This document shows positions 13,761 through 25,912 of a stretch of DNA of 64,000 nucleotides, piece after piece. The stretch spans positions 3,162,001 to 3,226,000 of the forward strand of contig CM038999.1 in NCBI GenBank assembly GCA_017499595.2, in the 5' to 3' direction. The translations under genes and the position numbers were made by a program. Origin of the DNA: Psilocybe cubensis. Its lineage: Eukaryota. The first letter of the stretch is position 1, and every line of letters starts with the position of its first letter. Under the pieces are notes generated by a model. The model was not told where the DNA came from. It saw only the letters and a list, made by a program, of their open reading frames with translations, and made no database searches.

Positions 13761-14664
13761 CTAAACAATAGCAATGGGATTGTCAGACTGCAAAGGCTGA
13801 GGAGGAATGTAAACCGGTACGTTAATGCCATGGGACGTCAACGCTGCTTTCAGCTGTTGGCTCCAATGCCTCTCTTCTACCAGCATAATTGCTGTGTTGT
13901 GTTCCTGTCTGACATATGTCCTCAACTGCTCTTCTAGACCCTCCACCACCAACGTCAGGTATGCAGAGCGTTGTTTGGAATTCTTCACAGACCTAACCAA
14001 GTTTTTTACCGCCTTTTTAGTTGACTGGGCCTCCTGGCGTGCTGCGGCAAGGTCCAACCATGCCGTTCAAAGCTGATTCTTATAGGCCACAGCTTCTCTT
14101 GTTGCCTCGATGGCTATTTCACGCCAAACAGTAATCTCTGCCTCCAGATCGCGTCGGGAACGTGGATAGGCCCTGTTCAAGCTGATTGTGGTTTTGTTGC
14201 GGGGAACCTTGGAGGAATGGTCTAATAAAGTGGATGTGAGTGGTCTCAACCTTTCACAGCAATACTGTCAACTTATGAAACGCACCATTCTTTTCAGGCA
14301 TTTTGGATACAACCGGCTGGTCTTCGAGATCGCTTTGGCACGTTGATCCAGGGGTATCACCTAGTTGAGTTTGGATGGTGTAAGTTCAAGTGCATTCGTG
14401 ATAAGATTCTATTTACCAAGGCCGTAAAAACTGTAGTTGGGCAGACCATCAGTAACGTCAAGCCCTACGGGTGGGAGGTCAGGGTAGGTTATGCTGAGGT
14501 TTAACAAGGTTTGTTTACTGACCTGCATTCAGAGTTGACAGGTACTTTTTAGGTGCCTCATCGTCTTCATCTTGGTTGTGCTTCCTGAAACTTTTTTTTG
14601 GCGATGGAGTCTTAGGCGACAGCAGGCGGGATGGTAGACAATTGTCAAGAGTGTTGGTAGACAT
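13761..14664 (-). pseudogene. transposon cargo gene with coiled-coil C-terminus and an in-frame TGA
   Basis: Starts MSTNTLDNCLPSR with GT-AG introns. ORFs 14067-14249 and 13761-14057 share a frame and are separated by TGA at 14067-14069. The product is helical and charged (DLEAEITVWREIAIEATREA...LEEQLRTYVRQE). Confidence 0.6.
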
Positions 14665-14813
14665 GTTGAGCGGTTCAAGATAACGAAACCACACAAATAT
14701 CAGACTGATGGTTAAGGGAGTGAGAGAGTGAGACAAAAGGTGAGCAAACCTTTGGAATAACTTTGACGCCTCCTTTTTATGTGACGCATAGGTTTGTTGT
14801 TGTTGATGTGACA

Positions 14814-14871
14814 CGACGCGAATTGTTGATTGACCTCGAACGCGACGCGAATTGTTGATTGACCTCAAACG
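14814..14871. repeat. 2 x 29-bp tandem repeat between the divergent cargo genes
   Basis: CGACGCGAATTGTTGATTGACCTC(G/A)AACG occurs twice. Confidence 0.9.
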
Positions 14872-14962
14872 CGATGTGATTCGTTTGTTGTGGCAAACAT
14901 GGCAAATCAAACTTGGGGTATAAAAGCAAGGTAAGAGATGTTTGCTTGATTCTGAATCCACA

Positions 14963-16522
14963 ATGTCTCATTCTTCGATTGACCCAGCTTTTGCATCACA
15001 GCCTGTTTCTCGTGACGTGGACCGCCCAACTGGTACATAGCTGTTTATTGACAACCTGGTTCACCGATTCAACCTCACAAGCAACCACAGTGCAGATCTC
15101 ACTTTTCTTTATCAGGTAAACTTGTTTTTTACATAACGCCTACATCAAACTGCTTCTAACTCGTAAACCCGCAGATCTGTACAGCCGTGCCTGAAGAGCA
15201 ACCTCCTTAGACCGAAGTGATAAGTCGAATCATGATGTTGGCCTGCCAGTTTGGGGCCGAAGTTCGTCTGCATAAAGCACTGACTGCCACGCAAACACAT
15301 CTACAAGGACTCGGGCAGCTGAGCAGTTTTTTGGCTGATTATGAGCTGCAAAAAGATGAGAACTTTGTGTTATCAAATGCACAAAAGGTGAGTCATTGTT
15401 TGCCTTTATGAACACGGTGGTCTGAGCCAGCTTTTAGATGGCCATTAAATCAACCTGTATCAAAGAGCTTCTAAAGCCCTCTAGACAGTCCTTTAAGACG
15501 CTTCACATCGATGTTGAGGTGCGTTCTTTTCACTTTAATTGGCGGTCTAAAACAAATGCATTTGCAGGCAAAGATGAAAAAAAAGCCCGCAGACAATTAC
15601 CTTGACAACATCCTGAATCGGCTGGGACGTGAGGCCAAATGGATGGCGCATATACAAACCGTTTGTACAATTCAGAGAAACACGCTTCGAAAAGAGGTGT
15701 GTGGTTGTCCGGTTTACCATATGCCGTGTACTGATGTGTGAAATTAAAGATCATACAAAGCATAACTCCAGGCCCAAAGTTTACTTCTGTGCAAGAATTT
15801 GCGGCGGGCCTCATTGTGAAATATTGTCTGCCTACGTCAGAGTCTGGTGCAAATTCCAATACAGCTTACCTCTCAAAACATGTGTTATTGGTGTGTCTTC
15901 AATATTTCTGATTCAAAAAGTTTCACTAACGTGGCAATGTAAAGTGGCGGTTTTTCTGGGACCATTCATCTATGTTTTCGGCCTTTGAACTTGAGAAGGA
16001 TGACAACAACTCAGAAGAGGAGAACAATGACCAGGATTTTGGAACACCAAGCACCGACAACTCTAGCGATTCGGGTCATTCTGCTACCAAAAACGTAAAT
16101 TGCAAAAAACAAACATTCCCGCTGGGAAAACTCGCGGTCGGGTGGCTGATGGCGAAGACTATTGGTCCAAAGTTGATCAATGGCTCAAGAGGCTTGACGA
16201 TGAGCTGGGAGATAATACAGCTGAGTTGAAACAGTCCGAGTTTTCTCTTGTATTCTCAATGAGTTATGCTAAGCTTGTGAATAGATTTATTGCTGAATGT
16301 CTGGAGATGGACTCTCTCAGGACCAATAAAGGCTTAGATTTCTCAAGCCACCCTTCCGAGCGCTCTTTTACCAGCCCTAGCGATGTCACATCCGACCCAC
16401 AACCCACCACTATACAGTCCTTTCCTTCCAATTCTTCTTCGAGGCTGCCTGAACCTCATTTAAATTTTGGTAATGCAATTGCTCAATTATTTAGTGGTCC
16501 TTCAACAGGTAGACCTTTTTAG
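14963..16522 (+). pseudogene. uncharacterised spliced transposon cargo gene with two in-frame TAG stops
   Basis: ATG at 14963. Intron 15116-15174 keeps the frame into ORF 15217-15411. TAG stops lie at 15038-15040 and 15208-15210. Later exons include GEDYWSKVDQWLKRL. Confidence 0.6.
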
Positions 16523-17001
16523 CCACTAGACTCCACTACAATATAGTTATTAATTATGCGGAAATGTATGTGTAAACGCAACTAAATCTGAAGTTGATGT
16601 TGAGAACATGTAGCCCCTAATATTCAGTTTGCTAGTGTTTGGCACCGGTGATCATTTGATCAACAGCAACGAGTTATCGCTTTCATCTTTTCCTCCATGA
16701 TCTCGCACAGCGGCACCGTGTTTTCCGCCGTGCATTGTTAAGAGATCCAGCCCTTTCATGTACTAAAAGCCATGCACTGGAAAGATCCAGATTCCCAATA
16801 TGTGGGAACGCGTTGAGCGGCATGGTTGGGCATAGTTTTTTTTTGGTGACTGACATTTGATTTGTAGATCGCACACTGGTGCAAGAACCTGCTTATTGCT
16901 GAGTATTTTTAGACAGCTATCCATGGCGAAAATTACTTATTTTAACACCACAGGTTCAAGAATATGTGCTTTGAAGTTTGACAAGGTCCAAGAACACCAT
17001 T

Positions 17002-17155
17002 GCCGGAATCGATAGCCATCGTTGACACCATAGTTTGGCTCTGGAGAATGGGTGATAGTTGGATGCGCAACACAACATCGTCAACGCCATAGCCGGAATC
17101 GATCGCCATTGTCGACACCATAGTTTGGCTCTGTGGAATGGGTATTTGTGGATGC
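17002..17155. repeat. imperfect direct duplication of about 65 bp, 90-bp period
   Basis: GCCGGAATCGAT..CCAT.GT.GACACCATAGTTTGGCTCTG at 17002 and at 17092. Confidence 0.85.
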
Positions 17156-17342
17156 AATAACCCAGTGAGTACTTTATAGGATAGACGTTAGATTAGTAGT
17201 TATTTAGCTTCAGCTTCATGCTCAATATATGGTGTTTTATTATAACCTAATCTTGTATGAAAGACCAAAAATAAAATTTCACAATGATATTATACTGTGA
17301 ATACATATGAAAAGCCTACAAAAAAATATGTATTTGCTAGAA

Positions 17343-17461
17343 TGTGGCTGACACAAACGGTGCTTGGCACTTATGTGGCAGCCACATGAATTTCGGCCTG
17401 TTGTGTCACCCACTGATATCGGATGGAGGTGGCAGACACATGTTTATTTGTGTCTGACATA
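17343..17461. repeat. subterminal 13-bp quasi-palindromic repeats at the right end of the transposon
   Basis: TGTGGCTGACACA (17343), TGTGGCAGCCACA (17374), TGTGTCACCCACT (17402), GGTGGCAGACACA (17428), TGTGTCTGACATA (17449). Confidence 0.8.
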
Positions 17462-20356
17462 CATCGGCCAAACACATCCAAAAATGTGTCCAGCGGCCGC
17501 CTGTGTAGCCAGAATCGGGCTATATAACGACACATCCGCGGTGGTGAACGTCTTGTCCGATTGCACTGAGTTGAGAATCTGTAACAGCTGTGTTTCGATG
17601 AAATCAACAAATACAAGGTCGATAGGTGCATCGTCAGCTACTGTGGGTGGCACAGAACCGATAAAGTCGGGTGTCGGGAAGAAAGGTAATGGAGCATGGA
17701 GAACATCGTCTCCGACACCTGGGCAAGCCTGGAGCGGTCATAAACGTCATCAGTGGCACGAAACAGAGAGTAATATTCTGATTGCTTACATCGCTGGTAA
17801 CGTATCCAAGTGTCAAGTTTTGCGCGGCCCTTCTCTCGATCCCGCTCCTTCTATCCTGTTCCTCCAGCCAGCGGTTGTAAACCATATCGACGTGACCGCG
17901 ACCATAAAGCTCACGCTCTCTCTCCTCCAAAAGTTCTCGTCTTTCGTTCGCACCGGCTTCATTGAGGGCGGGGAGAACTTTGTTGGCAATGGAGAATGGC
18001 ACATTAGGGATGAACAAGAACGAATCGTCGAATGGCGACGCTGTCAGCTGGTCGTTCTTGGTGAAAGGTCCGGCGTATATGTCAAATCGCTGCGAGCCCG
18101 AGTTGGTAATCATGATGTTGGGTATCGAAGCTCTGGTGTTATTGATAGCTAAAGCAACGGGGACGGCCTAGGACCTTCGTTAGAACATCATTCGAATACA
18201 CAATCATTGAGCTCATACATTTTCAATGAACAGACTAAGAAGAGAATCGTTGGATGGGAATGGCGCCCTGGGTAATATAATTGTATGAGATCGGCCATAC
18301 AGTAATATAACAAGTTGGCCTTACTGGCTGATTGTGAAATCGTGAGGAGCAGTTCCAAATTGGAAGGAAAGATCGAATTTCTTGGCTAGATTGTTCAATC
18401 CTTTAGTTATGCTCTCTCCTTGAAGGGTGTCGAAATTGAAGCTGTTCTTTCTGGTATGGAACTACAACAACAGGATTGAAGCCTTATAACAAAGTACATG
18501 AACGAAAACGCAAGCTTACCTCAAAAGTTACTCGATTGGGGTCAAGATACCTACGACTGAACGTGATGTTCTTTTTGCTCCCCTTTTTATCCAATTTGGC
18601 GCCTGCGTTTAGGTTAGATACGCGTCTTTAACTCCAAAGGGTTTGGAAACTCACTGAGCCACCCTGGAAAAGCGGAATAATAAGTACTTCAACTCGGCCT
18701 GAGATATGAAAGTTGAATTTACCAATGGTTTCCATGTACCTTCCACTCTCCAGTGACATTGAACGACCATCGAGTTGAACTTCAAAAAAGTCAGTGTTCA
18801 AGCAAATATAACACTTGCAACAATATGGACATACGGCAGTCGCGAATATGGGTGTGTCCTACAAATGAATGAAGCTCAAAAACCATCATAAACAATAATG
18901 GTAGAACCTACCACCAAGGATCAGAATGGGCGTGGTGGGATGAACAGCACGAACAGCATTGAAAACAAGAGGCCCTGTTAGATATACATGATCAGACTTG
19001 AGTCTTGTTGGCGCATTCAGGAGACTCACAATCGTCACGAGCAATTGGCATATGCCTTGAAGGAGGTCAGAAGCGAAGATAGCCCTTTTTAACTACAAAC
19101 TCACCCAACGAGCAAGAAAAAGTCTGGCTCTTCCTTGATAGCTTCTGCAAACTAAGTGGCACGTTTTAAGATAAAAAAAAAGACTCAAGATGATATATCC
19201 ATACCCAAGTTTCTTTCACCATATCCGAAACTTTCTGCACCTTCGTATTGTGGTCGTTTCCAGTGAAATCGAACAAAACACCGAGAGAAGTGACTTTACG
19301 ACCCCTATGATATAGTTGAATAATTGCTAAAATAATTCAAAGAAACAGCGCACTTTCTCGTCTTGAACTTAGCGAATCGTTCTGGAAATATTGTAAGTTT
19401 CATGCAGCATATCAGGACAAAATGACTCACCTCCAACAGGTACACTGACTACCTGTCCTTTTTCATTGAGAACCGTAATGTTGACGTTGGAGGACAAGTA
19501 GCGTCCCTTCAGACTCGGTGCAAAGTTTTGATGCCTAAATTCGTATGGTTAGGAATCAGGACTGAATTGGTCGATAGCGGCGTACATGTCGAGGGCATTG
19601 GCATAGATATACAGCTCGTGACTTCGATGGAATGCGGGTTCAGAAAACAATATGTATATGTCTAAGAGACAATAAAGACTGACTTTCCGATGGCCATTAT
19701 ATCGTACGGCAATTGTTTGATGAATTGGTTGGCCTAGAAAATCTCATAATTAGCTGATGCTGTGAGCGCAATCAAACAGCACCGTACATCATGCGCATCA
19801 ATGCCACCAGCTGGGAACCCATCGGTCAAGCCAGTGCCTATGATATTTGCCAACATTTAGAAATGTAGACTCGAATAGTCGATTGATTTTTCCGCACCGT
19901 CATGAAGGTCACCAGAATCGACAAGTAAAAGATCTGTGTCGCGTTCCTTCAAAAAGTTATTTGCAACTTATCTAGGAAGAGACAAATATTCGACGTACAA
20001 TGGCCAATTCCTTCATATGGGTCACAAAAGATGCAAAGTCCCCAAAGGTACCGCTAACAGTACACAAGAGCATAAGCATCATTATCCATAGCATCAAAGT
20101 AAAGCGACACGTACCTGTAATTAGGCTCTGGGAAAGACGATTTCTGATGTCCAAGAAGCCATCCATGACTATCAGTGGTGTGGATAATGTTGATGTCGCC
20201 CCATTCGAGCTGGCGCGTTGGTGGGGTCAACTGGACAGACGGGGTAGTCCTCTTCGCGTGATCGTGAGCATGACCATCTTCACACGCGCTGGTCGTAGAA
20301 ACCGCGGCCAAAGACCCAAGAAGTCCTAGGACGAAGCTGGGTGTGAGCAACAACAT
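17444..20356 (-). CDS. metallophosphoesterase paralogue 2, C-terminus replaced by transposon-derived sequence
   Basis: Same motifs and exon structure as paralogue 1. After YSPILA it reads into the element ([20 protein letters not shown]). Confidence 0.85.
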
Positions 20357-21605
20357 ACTCTCGACTCTAGGCTCTGAATGGGCAACCCGTCAAGGAAGCG
20401 AGTGAACACCACGTACAACGAAGCGATCGGTCGGGGAAGCTTCTTATATAAACATTTCTATCCCCCTTCCAAAACACAACGTTAACTATGGAGAGAATCA
20501 CGATGGCGCGGGATAAAAATAGAACGTTGTCGACGATAGAGCATATGGTGCGTTGGCTTTTTCGCATCTTTTTTCGTCCGCGTAATAATGTGTTTATGCC
20601 AAAATTTCCTTATCCCTGGACACGGAGCTGTCAGATAATGTCAGATGGGGCGCAGACGATGTGGAAAGTGGATGTTAAAGCCGACCTGATTGGACACCTT
20701 TGGAAGGTAAAACTGCTTGGAGACGCTAGCCGACATCTCATTGTGAAACCGTGCCCAACACGAAACGCCTACAAGTTTTCGACTTGCCCATATCGAGAAA
20801 GATCTTTTATTCATTCGCAAGTCCTCGTCTCCGTATATCATGCGCCTATAAACACGAACACGAACACGGAATCTTCGGCGTTAGATTACTGGAAGGAGGC
20901 TACAATTCCCATGTCCCATGCAGATCCAATGTCCCCACTTGCACCCGAGGCGAATGTGACACCCTCAAGCGTACACTTTGGACAGCCGGAGACTGCGTAG
21001 TAGTAACCTCGACCTCGTAGTTGCTAGATGTCAAGATGCCACAATAATCCCGCCCTCCATAAGTACGCCGCCTTCCCATGATACGAAGATTTTTTTCGAT
21101 AAATTGGAAACGCAACGCACGTTTACATCAGTGCGCTACTTATGCACACTCTCGCTCACGTTCGTTTGCCATGTTTTTTTGACAGCCACCTCCGCCCTAT
21201 CTTCATACCTGTCCCAAACCTGTCCCAAGTTCTTCAGCTGACCACGACACCCGAACCAAGTCGTTCGAATCATAACTTCATCACACTGACAGTGCCAAAA
21301 CTGCTTTACAGAGAGAAACGCACATGTATGTTGCGCCTTTATTGATTTGTATCAAAGCAAAAGGCATTAAGGTAGCGTTAAAAAGTAGAACGAACAGATG
21401 TCAGAAGGGTGATGAGTCTCAAGGCTCAAGATCATAAATATCAATGACGTAAAAACGTGATCCCAAGTCAGAATCAAACTCCGACACTACTCCGTCCCAT
21501 GACTCCCATCAAGCATGACACAACACGCGTCGCGTCGCGTCTCATTCCGCCCCTAAACGCGGCATCACACCAACACCCACCAACACCTAGGTCATCGCAT
21601 CCAAC

Positions 21606-24600
21606 TCAATTCCACGCAGCCTGCGCATACAGCCCCAAAACCTGCGTCGCCAGCACTGGGCTGTACGAAAACACATCATCAGGGGTATACTCCGTCGTCG
21701 TCTGTGCCGAATTCAAAATCTGCAGTACCGCCGGCTCGTCAAAGTCGCGGAAGACGAGGTCGATGGGCGCGTCGTCCGCCAGCTGCGGCGGGACCGAGCT
21801 GACGTAGTCCGGAACATCAAACGAGGGTAGAGGCGCGTGGATGATGTCGTCGCCTATTCCTGGACAAGACTACCGACATAGTTGTAGTTGGGTGAAATGA
21901 TAGAACGCGGGGGAGAAAATCTTACGTCGGAGGTGACATATCCAAGCGTCAAATTCGCCGCTTCCCGCCTCTCAACACCATACCTCCTAAACGCCTCATC
22001 CAACCTACGCTTATACTCCAACGTCCCATGATAATGCCTCTTCACATTCGCCTGCTCAGGGTCATTCAGCGCAGGGACAACCCGATTCGCCAGCCCAAGC
22101 GGTACATTAGGGATGTACACAAACCCATTAGTAAAAGGTGAAATTGTCAGCTGGTCGTTCTTTGTGAATTCTCCAGCGTAGATGTCGAAGCGCAGCGATC
22201 CGGTGTTGGAGATGATGAGATTGGGGATTGAGGCTCGGGTGTTGTTGATGGCTAATGCTACTGGAACGGCCTAGATCGGTCATTCAGTTAAATGTACAAC
22301 TGTAAGTTTGAGAAGAGGGTTCGGCACCTGTTCAATAAAGAGACGCGGAAGAGACGTCTCAGAAGTGTACGGCGATCTTACAGAAAGAATAAGTTTAAAG
22401 CAACATAAATCCACAAAGCGGGAAAAAGGCCTACCGGCTTATAGTAAAATCATGCGGCGCAGTACCAAACAAGAACGACAAATCAAATCGCTGAGCCAAA
22501 GCGTTCAGGCCCTTCGTGATACTCTTCCTCAGAGGTGTATCAAAGTTGTGTTCAGTTTTTCTCGTGTGGAACTAGAAAATAAAAGTATAAACTTTATGAA
22601 AAATGAAATGAAGGAAAAAAAAGTGTACTTCATACGTGACACGATTGGGATCAAGATATCTACGGCTGAACGTGATATTCTTCGTACTCCCTTTCTTATC
22701 AAGTTTCGCGCCTGTAAATGCATCAGTCAACTCCAGAGACCATACATCATCCAAAAAGTACAACGTACTTAGCCATCCTATAAAACCATAAATCAGCTTA
22801 AGATACAAGCAGAAACCCACTCTCCACTTTCGAACTCACCAACAGTTTCCATATACCTTCCACTCTCCAACGACATCGAACGACCATCAAACTGCACTAC
22901 AAAAAAATAAAAAAAAAGTCTATCAGACACCCCAAACAAAAACAGAAGGTCGTGTACATACAACAATCACGAATATGTGTATGGCCTAGCCAAAGAATCG
23001 CATAAGAGTCACAATCGACACCAAAACTAAAGATACGCATACCGCCAAAGATTAGAATTGGGGTGGTGGGATGGAGCGCGCGGATAGGATTGAACACCAG
23101 AGGCCCTATACCAAAAAATCAGCTCCAAGTTGGCACTCTCCAAAATGATATCTCTAAGAACACACAATCATCACGCGAAACAGGCATATGTCTATACAAT
23201 CAACATCAGATCTTTTTAACCTAAAACGAGGGGGGGAAAGGTGGACTGACCCAACAAGCAAGAAAAAGTCCGGTTCCTCCTGAATAGCTTCATGAAACTA
23301 CCACCAGATCATCAATACCGCGCGCTATACCTCCCAAAAACCAATAAACCTACCCACGACTCCTGAACCATATCCACCACCTTCTGCACCGTAGTATTCC
23401 GATCATTCGACGTAAAATCAAATAGAACACCCAACGACGTCACTTTCCGTCCTCTACCAACCAAAAACCAAAAGCAAAACAAAAGCGTTACAAAAAAAAA
23501 ACCAAAAGGCTTAGTATGTATATACGAAATATAGAAGCATTATAATTTATATACTTACTTTCTAGTTTTGAACTTTACAAACCGCTCTCCGATGGGCACA
23601 GAGACGACCTGGCCTGCGTCGTTGAGGAGGGTGATGTTCACGTTCGAAGTGAGGTATCGGCCTTTCAGACTCGGAGCGAAGTTTTGGTGCCTGTACACCG
23701 CGATATCGATTAGAATTTTGAGTGTTTGTTGAGTATCAGAATGGACATACATATCGAGCGCGTTGGGATATAAATACAGTTCGTGGCTACACAATTTTTA
23801 GATATACGAGGCTAGGTTAGAAGACGAAGACAGGTATGAATGCTTACTTTCCAATAGCCATCACATCGTAAGGAAGTTTTTTAATAAACTGGTTAGCCTA
23901 CCCAAAAAAATTCAGTCAGCGCAGACATCCGATCTGGTCCCTAGGACAATAAGCGTACATCATGCGCATCGATGCCACCAGGTGGAAACCCATCCGTCAG
24001 CCCAGTTCCTAAAATCAAAAAAGCCTCTCTCAGTACGGCACTTTAGACTGACACACAGAAAAACCAGAAAATAACATACCATCGTGCAAATCACCCGAAT
24101 CAATAAGCAGAAGATCCACGTCGCGTTCCTACGTCATCGTCATCGTTCAACAAAAGAGCACAAAGTCAGCAATCTCTTCTTTACAGCACATCAAGCAACG
24201 CAAAAGTTGGAAAGGTTAAATTAGAAACGAAGCTTACAAGTGCCAATTCCTTCATATGCGCCACGAACGATGCAAAATCTCCAAAATCACCACTAGAGGA
24301 AGCAGAAGAAAAAAAAATCACGATCAATACTACACATCCAAGAGTCCCCGCCCTCAAAGTCTAAAGACTCAAAGACTCAAAGACGAAGATCTGAAGTAAA
24401 CCAGAACCACATACCTATAGTTAGGCTCCGGGAAGGACGCCTTCTGGTGGCCCAACAACCACCCATGGCTATCCGTCGTATGTATAAAGTTGATATCGCC
24501 CCATTCGAGCGGGCGCGTCGGGGGCGCGAGCAGGATTGACGGCTCAGCTCGTCGCGCCGCGGCGTGAGTATGACTGTGTCCGTGATTCAGAGCGTGCTCG

Positions 24601-24695
24601 TGATCGTTGCTGTCGTGGTCTGGGCATGCAGAGACTACCGGGAAAGAGCGCAGGAGCTGGAGCAGCGCCAGGGTATAGGTGGTAGGTAAGAGCAT
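21606..24695 (-). CDS. secreted metallophosphoesterase paralogue 3
   Basis: Signal peptide, His-rich linker, [19 protein letters not shown] and GGHTH motifs. Ends [13 protein letters not shown]. Confidence 0.85.
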
Positions 24696-25263
24696 TGCGA
24701 CCGCGTTGCGGTAGATGTAGTGATAGTCACGTCAGAGCGCGCTGAGATTTCACCAGGAAATTGCAACGAAGAGTTTCCTCGAGCACTAAATCAAGCAAGC
24801 GAGCGAACTGAATGAAACGAAGAAAAGATGTGATCTAGCACTTATGTACGAAACGCGAAGCCCGTCAATATTTTGAGCAAAGAAGGGAAAGCGTGTGGGG
24901 GTGGCGGGTATAAATAGATACGGAGGGGCGGGTAACGCAGCCTGCGCCCCATCCCTGACCAATGACGACAGAAAACGCATAGAAGCCCCCGCAACCCGCG
25001 TGCATCACTTCCGTACGCGACACCGCCACGGCGCCAAAAGTCCCTTGAACCTTTCCTGATTTATGCAAAATCCCGTCGCAACAGGACATGTATAAATATT
25101 CCATATACCAGTGTACTTGGAATTCCCTCCCTTTGGACATGTTATCACGTTTTTTACCGACGAATACGCGTGGTGTGCTCGAGGATGCTCTCATGAATTA
25201 CTCCGTATTCATGGGAGCGGAGGTATACGAGATGAAGGCTATGGCATCTCCACCGTCTTTTGG

Positions 25264-25766
25264 TTAATATGTATGCGCGCTGCACAGGATAAAACGGTGT
25301 CTTCGTAGATCTTCGAGCTTGTAAACATCGTACGCGACTTCTTCGTAAGGATGAATCTGCGCTCCAGGTTATATTAGCCAGTCAAATAAATTAGAAAGGG
25401 CAAAGCGCACATTTTTAAGCTCCTTTATAGCCTGTTTCACCTCTTCCCTAGTGCTTGTCGCATCGCTCACGAGCACTTCGACTCTATCCTCTTCTACAAA
25501 CTCCAACTGACCAGCAGACCCAATGGTTGGATTCGCAGTTTGCTTGGGCATAAATTGACCTGCAAAGAGAGGCGTAACAAGTCTCAGAAACACAACCCTT
25601 TCCTCCGATACGCGCGCTGACCAGTTCCACGCGTGACAAACGCGCATCGCTCATATTCTCCAATATTGCCTAGCGTCTTTGGACAGGCGCGGAAGAGGTG
25701 GTCCAAAATCTTGCTCGTGCTTTCCTTTGGGGAGAAAAACACGAGTTTAAATCGCGTTATTGACAT
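25264..25766 (-). CDS. small NIF3/YqfO-related PII(GlnB)-like domain protein, 3 exons
   Basis: FKLVFFSP...GNIGEYERCAF...GTGQF.P...ANPTIG...LEFVEEDRVE...HPYEEVAYDVYKLED. Confidence 0.75.
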
Positions 25767-25912
25767 TGTAGATACAAAGCGAAATGAGAGGCAAGTGATT
25801 CAAACTCCGCTGTGAGCGATAACTTGTTACGGTACTGCTTACACGTTCGACGTGTCCAAGGTACGTCCTGCGCTGCCTCTCCAATTCTGACCGACCTCTG
25901 ATCTGTTCATAG

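Larger units (their letters stand above)
6304..17505 (+). mobile_element. 11,202-bp CACTA/EnSpm(CMC)-like DNA transposon carrying a TET/JBP gene and two other cargo genes
   Basis: TA at 6302-6303 and at 17506-17507. Ends are CACGGCGG and CCGCCTGTG (reverse complement CACAGGCGG). Removing the element and one TA restores the host reading frame. An internal transposase and subterminal repeats are present. Confidence 0.9.

Noticed and set aside
6304-17505. Classification as Tc1/mariner because of the TA duplication
   Set aside because: The size, CAC termini, very short terminal repeats and transposase motifs do not fit the DD34E/D family. TA is more likely a 2-bp CMC-type duplication.
17364-18152. 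262-aa plus-strand ORF (and similar ORF 2703-3275)
   Set aside because: Antisense shadows of the phosphoesterase exons.
20488-21000. 170-aa ORF between paralogues 2 and 3
   Set aside because: No recognisable motif or splice structure. It overlaps the likely promoter of paralogue 2.
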